This document shows positions 59,151 through 64,000 of a DNA stretch of 64,000 nucleotides, piece by piece. Origin of the DNA: Patescibacteria group bacterium (GTDB lineage: Bacteria; Patescibacteriota; JABMPQ01; JAQVVF01); the NCBI GenBank assembly GCA_028699085.1, contig JAQVVF010000002.1:132557-196556 (forward strand), written 5' to 3'. The stretch's first letter is position 1; every line of letters starts with the position of its first letter. The notes beneath the pieces are model-generated. The model did no database searches. It was not told where the DNA came from and worked only from the letters and a program-made list of their open reading frames with translations. The translations under genes were made by a program, and so were the position numbers.

Positions 59151-59879
59151 TTAATGTTGATGTATCGCCACGTCTTCTCCATATAATCTCTTTACCATCT
59201 CCGCATCCAAAATAGTTTTCGGATCTCCATAACAAACCAATTTTCTATCCAAACAAATTACGCGATGCGCGTATTTTGCAACTACGTCTAATTCATGCGA
59301 GATCATGACTATTGTTATTTTATACTTTTCATTCAAATAATCTAACAAATCATAAAAACTTTTTTCACCGCCAATATCAATACCAGAAGCTGGCTCATCT
59401 AAAAATAAAATTTGTGGATCATTCAAAATTGCTCGAGCAATCAACACTCTTTGCAATTGTCCACCAGATAAATGACCTAATAATTTCTTCTTTTTATCAA
59501 CCATATCAACTTCTTTCAATTTTTCATCAATTTTGGAAACTGGAGTTCCCTTTCTTAAAGAAAATTTCAAAAATTCATCAATTGTAATTGGAAAAGTTTT
59601 ATCAAAAATAAATCTCTGTGGCACATAGCCAAGAGTTTTTTTCTGATCCCAAATACTTTTGCCAAAAATTTCTATTTTTCCAATTGAAGGATTAGCCAAA
59701 CCAAGCATTGATCTTAGCAAAGTTGTTTTTCCACTACCGTTAGGTCCAATTATTGACACAAAACAACCTTTGCTAATCTCTAAATTAATTCCGGAAAGTG
59801 CAACAAAAGAATCATACCTTACAGTAAGATCAGAAACCTTAATTGCAATAATTTCGCTATGCGGACAAGTTCTTGTCAT
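59151..59879 (-). CDS. znuC: Zn/Mn ABC transporter ATPase
   Basis: GPNGSGKT, GYVPQ, LSGGQLQR, LDEP, SHE, C-terminal His. Confidence 0.9.
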   Translation of the reverse strand: MTRTCPHSEIIAIKVSDLTVRYDSFVALSGINLEISKGCFVSIIGPNGSGKTTLLRSMLGLANPSIGKIEIFGKSIWDQKKTLGYVPQRFIFDKTFPITIDEFLKFSLRKGTPVSKIDEKLKEVDMVDKKKKLLGHLSGGQLQRVLIARAILNDPQILFLDEPASGIDIGGEKSFYDLLDYLNEKYKITIVMISHELDVVAKYAHRVICLDRKLVCYGDPKTILDAEMVKRLYGEDVAIHQH

Positions 59880-59881
59880 TT

Positions 59882-60292
59882 TTATTTTTTACAATTTTCA
59901 CACCAACTCTCTTCCCAAGCATATGGAAGCAAATCTTTAAGTTTTAAAACTTTTTCATTCTTAACTATGATTTCAGTTTCTATATTATCTTTATGAACTT
60001 GATGAATCAATTCTCTGCATCGTCCGCAAGGATACATGATAGTATCATGACCATAAGCCACCAGTTTTTTGATTCTATATTCTCCATTTGTAATCATATT
60101 AGCGATTGCTGCTGATTCAGCACAAAAACCCAATCCACAAACAAGATCAATGCAAACTCCAACATAAACGTTACCTTTATCAGTAACTAAGGCACATCCA
60201 ACATCTCCAGCAATCATATCGTTAGCAACTTTTTTTGTGTTTATAACTGATTTTGCTTTTTCAATCAATTCTTTATTAGAAATTTCTTGCAT
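59882..60292 (-). CDS. Cytidine deaminase family protein (CAE...PCGxC)
   Basis: GFCAESAAI, YPCGRCRE, LLPY. Confidence 0.88.
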   Translation of the reverse strand: MQEISNKELIEKAKSVINTKKVANDMIAGDVGCALVTDKGNVYVGVCIDLVCGLGFCAESAAIANMITNGEYRIKKLVAYGHDTIMYPCGRCRELIHQVHKDNIETEIIVKNEKVLKLKDLLPYAWEESWCENCKK

Positions 60293-60324
60293 AAGATATT
60301 TTTTACTTTATAACTTTAAAAACT

Positions 60325-61212
60325 TTATGAACTCAACGCTTCTCTCATTATTTTAGCATTTCCTTCCATATTTTCAATATAACTATTTCCATAATAATTT
60401 CCTTCTGCATCAAGAATATATAATTGCAAACCAACATCATTCACAAAAGGCTTGATTGTTTCATTCGAAAATTCTGGCTCTGAAAAAATTGCTTTAACAT
60501 TTTCTTTCTTTACGGTATTGCTTAAATCCTGCAAATATTTCGGAGTTGGTTCGGATCCTGGAAATGGCTCAAATGTTGCCACAATATCTAAATCAAATTC
60601 ATCAGCAAAATATTCCCATGCATCATGGAAAGTCACTAATTTCCTAAAATTTATGTTTTTAAGATCACTATCGATATTTTTTTTTGCTTCATCAAGCTTT
60701 GCTAGATATTGATCCAAATTATCTTTATAATATTGAGAATTTACTGGATCAATTTTTTCTAATTCTTGCTCTATTGTTTTAGAAATTTCTTTAGCATTAT
60801 CAATTGATAACCAATAGTGAGGATCCTTGTTTCCATATTCAGGCAATCCTTCATCACCTTCAGCTGTTCTCAAATCAATGTTTTTATCAACAGTTACAAC
60901 ATTCACATTACCAACTGTTTTTTTAACAGAACTTGCCCAATTATCAATTCCGTAGCCTATCATAAAAATATCAGAAACATTTTGTAATTCTTTAGTTTTA
61001 GCAGTCGTTAATTCAAAAGTATGTGGACTAGCTCCAACTGATAGAATTTGGATAACGTCAATTTTGTCTCCAGCAATATTTTTTGTAATATCAAAAAGCG
61101 GAAAAATTGTTACTGCCACTCTTAGTTTTCCATTGCTTTCTTTTTTACATCCAGCACCAATCAAAACAAAAAAACAAATTAAAAGAATACAGACTAGATA
61201 TACTTTTTTCAT
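60325..61212 (-). CDS. znuA: Zn/Mn ABC transporter substrate-binding lipoprotein
   Basis: IGAGC signal, SPH.FE, DPHYWL, HDAW.YF, FSEP. Confidence 0.9.
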   Translation of the reverse strand: MKKVYLVCILLICFFVLIGAGCKKESNGKLRVAVTIFPLFDITKNIAGDKIDVIQILSVGASPHTFELTTAKTKELQNVSDIFMIGYGIDNWASSVKKTVGNVNVVTVDKNIDLRTAEGDEGLPEYGNKDPHYWLSIDNAKEISKTIEQELEKIDPVNSQYYKDNLDQYLAKLDEAKKNIDSDLKNINFRKLVTFHDAWEYFADEFDLDIVATFEPFPGSEPTPKYLQDLSNTVKKENVKAIFSEPEFSNETIKPFVNDVGLQLYILDAEGNYYGNSYIENMEGNAKIMREALSS

Positions 61213-61355
61213 ACTTTTTTAGAAATTATCATATAAATTATAACATAAAATTACTACAAAGGACTTATCAACATAAATTTAGGAATAAATAAAGAAGCAT
61301 GCTATACTAAAAAATAATATATTAAATTAATATATTTAATAAATAAGAAAAAACT

Positions 61356-62519
61356 ATGAAAAAAATGCTTGTCATGGGCATGTTCGTCATTGGAGCGACT
61401 TTTTTATTTCTTGCGCCACCCCCAAACGCTTATGCCTTTGATATTACAACGGATAGCATTACTTCAAATGATAGCTCAAATCCAGGAACAGTCGTTGATA
61501 CCCCAACATACACCCAAACAGGCGTAACTGCTGATTCATTAAGTGTTACTTATAACCAGCCAGGTGCTACTTATACTGGCGTTTTTACATTATCTGGCAC
61601 TACAGACGATCTAACAAATGCACCAGTTTTAGTTATCAGCGGAGGAAAAATTCAAAGCTATGCTTGGGATTCCACAACTCACAAAGCAACAGTAGTTTGG
61701 ATTGGCGATGAATATGAAGTAACAACTCAACGCCAAAAAGTTACAGCTTCAGCAATTGTTTTTGTCAGACCAGCTTTAACTAATCCGACCAAAACAAATT
61801 TCAAATCAGTTGAACCACCTACTGCAATGGCTGGCGGATATATTTCAACAGGCATCAAAAATTGGACTATCAACACACCAAGTGCAGTTGGAAATTTTGG
61901 ATTTGGTTTATCAATGACCGGGATCTCTGGAAGCAAAAGCTATTTCAAAATGTATGTTCCAAAAAACATGCTAAGCCTTTTCACCTCAATGGGAAAATTG
62001 ACTGTTTTAAGAAAACATTTAGCAATCTTTATGAATGATTATCAATCATTCATAAAAAAGACTAAAACAGCTGATGGCGGAGCAATTTTCAACTTAGAAA
62101 CAACTTTCTCGGCTGGAAATACAGAAGCAACAGCTCTAACTACCACTTTAGCAAAAGTTACAAAATCAGCACCAGTAATTTCCAAGCCACAAAAAAATAT
62201 TTCTACAGTCACAAAAACAATCACAGTCCAAAAAAAGAAAAAGTTAAGCACTGCTTTCAAAAAAGGAAATTTAAATCTTGGTCAGACTGCAAAAATATAT
62301 GGCTGGTTAAGAAGCATGGAAAAAGGCAAAACAATCAAAATCTATTATAAGAAAAAAGGAACAACGACATATAAATATCTAACAGCAGTAAAGACAGTAA
62401 ATCTAAAAGGCTATTATTCATATGAATTCACCACAACAAAAACTGGAACTTACAATTACAAGGTTAAAAATGCAAAAGGCACGATCATCAGCAAAAAAGC
62501 AGTTCTGATTACACAATAG
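61356..62519 (+). CDS. Secreted Thr-rich protein with basic C-terminal Ig-like domain
   Basis: Signal peptide ending AYA; Thr/Ser-rich N-terminal half; Lys-rich C-terminal half. Confidence 0.75.
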   Translation: MKKMLVMGMFVIGATFLFLAPPPNAYAFDITTDSITSNDSSNPGTVVDTPTYTQTGVTADSLSVTYNQPGATYTGVFTLSGTTDDLTNAPVLVISGGKIQSYAWDSTTHKATVVWIGDEYEVTTQRQKVTASAIVFVRPALTNPTKTNFKSVEPPTAMAGGYISTGIKNWTINTPSAVGNFGFGLSMTGISGSKSYFKMYVPKNMLSLFTSMGKLTVLRKHLAIFMNDYQSFIKKTKTADGGAIFNLETTFSAGNTEATALTTTLAKVTKSAPVISKPQKNISTVTKTITVQKKKKLSTAFKKGNLNLGQTAKIYGWLRSMEKGKTIKIYYKKKGTTTYKYLTAVKTVNLKGYYSYEFTTTKTGTYNYKVKNAKGTIISKKAVLITQ

Positions 62520-62559
62520 ACTGATCAATAAATCACCTCTTTAAAACAGAGGTGATTTT

Positions 62560-63507
62560 TTATTTCATCAGAAAATTAAACAAATATCCAATTATAATTA
62601 TTCCTAAAGCAACAATTCCAAAGAAAATCAACAATAATTTCATTTTTAATACTCTCTTAATAATCAAGGCTTCTGGTAAAGAAAGTCCTGCTACAGACAT
62701 CATAAAAGCCAAAGCTGTCCCTAAAGGAACGCCATTCAATGTTACTGCATAGATAATCGGCACAACTGTTGAACACCCAGCATAAATCGGAACACCAATC
62801 AAAACTGCAATTGGCACTGCAAAAAATCCTAATCCATTCAACATTTTTTCAAAAAAATCAGCCGGAACATAACCGTGAATTGTTGCGCCTGCAACCATAC
62901 CTAAAACAACATACCAAAACATTTTTTTAAAAGTTTTCAATCCTTCTTTCCAAGAATATTCCAATTTTCCTTTCATCGTCTTTGGAAGATACTCTTCTTC
63001 CCTCTTGCCATTATTATTATTAATAATTATTTGATCATCTAGCTTTAATTTTCCTAATATTAAACCAGCAACAACACCCAGCAACATTCCAGTTACTACA
63101 TAAATAATCGCAATTTTCCATCCAAACGTTCCACCCATCAAAACAAAAACAACCTCATTCACTAATGGCGATGTAATTAAAAAAGAAAAAGCTACACCAG
63201 TTGGAATCCCTGCTTTCAAAAAACCAATAAAAAGTGGTATTGATGAACAAGAGCAAAAAGGAGTTACAGCGCCAAACATTGATGCCACTAAATTTGCAAT
63301 TCCAAATTTTCCTTTCGATAATGTAGTTCTTATTTTTCTTTCAGAAAAATATGTTTTTATAAAAGAGATAACAAAAACCACAACGATAATTAAAAACAAA
63401 ATCTTAATAGTGTCATAAATAAAAAAATTTAGACTTTCGGAAAGCTTGCTTCCCTCTTCCAAGCGTAGAATATTATTTGTAATTAAGTCCGCTAAATACT
63501 TAAACAT
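62560..63507 (-). CDS. arsP: ArsP-like permease
   Basis: TPFCSCSSIP, SFLITSPLVNE, GTALAFMMSV..LSLPE. Confidence 0.85.
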   Translation of the reverse strand: MFKYLADLITNNILRLEEGSKLSESLNFFIYDTIKILFLIIVVVFVISFIKTYFSERKIRTTLSKGKFGIANLVASMFGAVTPFCSCSSIPLFIGFLKAGIPTGVAFSFLITSPLVNEVVFVLMGGTFGWKIAIIYVVTGMLLGVVAGLILGKLKLDDQIIINNNNGKREEEYLPKTMKGKLEYSWKEGLKTFKKMFWYVVLGMVAGATIHGYVPADFFEKMLNGLGFFAVPIAVLIGVPIYAGCSTVVPIIYAVTLNGVPLGTALAFMMSVAGLSLPEALIIKRVLKMKLLLIFFGIVALGIIIIGYLFNFLMK

Positions 63508-63518
63508 TTATTTTAAAA

Positions 63519-63704
63519 TTATTTTTTTTGACAAGAACAAGAACATCCACAATCATCACTCTTAAACAGATTTTTTAATGAAAACTTCTCTTTTGTATTT
63601 TCAGATCCGCATTTTGAGCACTTAAATTTCTTTGTTTCTTTATCTTTAATGCTTGCCTTAACTTCAAATATATTTCCACAAGAATTACATTTATAATTTG
63701 CCAT
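63519..63704 (-). CDS. FmdB-like zinc-ribbon protein
   Basis: Y.C..CG..FE ... C.KCGS, C-terminal CGCSC. Confidence 0.8.
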   Translation of the reverse strand: MANYKCNSCGNIFEVKASIKDKETKKFKCSKCGSENTKEKFSLKNLFKSDDCGCSCSCQKK

Positions 63705-63713
63705 AATATTATT

Positions 63714-64000
63714 TTATTTATTTAATGATTCTAATAATTTATTCAGATCATCAATTGTTTTTTTATTTAATTTATAATAAACATTTTTTCCTATTTTTCT
63801 AAAAGTTACTAAGCCATTATCGCTCAATACTTTCAAATGATGTGAAACTAGATTTTGCGCTAAATTCAATTTTTCATAAATTTTACAAACGCAAAGTTCT
63901 TTATTGCTCAACAATTGCAAAATCTTCAATCTATTCTGATCACTAATTGCAAAAAGACGCCCATGACAACATGAACAATTTTTCTTCTTATTTTCACAAT
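63714..64000 (-). CDS. arsR: ArsR/SmtB family repressor (start beyond window)
   Basis: ELCVC.I...L...QNLVSHHLK.L; frame stays open to 64000 (..CSCCHGRLFAISDQNRLKIL). Confidence 0.85.
   Translation of the reverse strand, partial: CENKKKNCSCCHGRLFAISDQNRLKILQLLSNKELCVCKIYEKLNLAQNLVSHHLKVLSDNGLVTFRKIGKNVYYKLNKKTIDDLNKLLESLNK

Overview
A low-GC (AT-rich), gene-dense bacterial chromosome segment read in the standard genetic code, with most genes on the minus strand. The lineage is inferred to be Patescibacteria/CPR, based on aminoacyl-tRNA synthetases with inserted domains, a long tmRNA tag, 'GAGC' lipoprotein signals, a sortase, many secreted proteins and no biosynthetic pathways. The left part (1-37 kb) is mostly translation housekeeping: leuS, metG, glyQS, ileS, argS, rsmI, tgt, recO, smpB-ssrA and infC-rpmI-rplT. 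The right part holds secreted and surface proteins (two S8 proteases, a 1273-aa repeat protein, an M23 peptidase, a sortase, three tandem mini pilin-like genes, a glycoside hydrolase, a deacetylase) and metal/arsenic modules. The most notable features are: (1) an Ile T-box riboswitch with an ultrashort Stem I but a transcription terminator, leading a histidine phosphatase and a type-2 IleRS that has a GVHH motif and an inserted phosphatase domain; (2) families of 7-nt-periodic repeats and GC-rich palindromes found both between genes and in frame inside leuS, tgt, ileS and the sortase; (3) a split between core genes lacking Shine-Dalgarno sites and self-contained promoter-SD-ORF-terminator cassettes; (4) a tandem triplet of tiny Csu-pilin-like proteins next to a sortase; (5) twin membrane zinc-finger microproteins, one missing from the ORF track, flanking an FAD oxidoreductase. 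All family calls come from motif recognition by eye; no searches were run.
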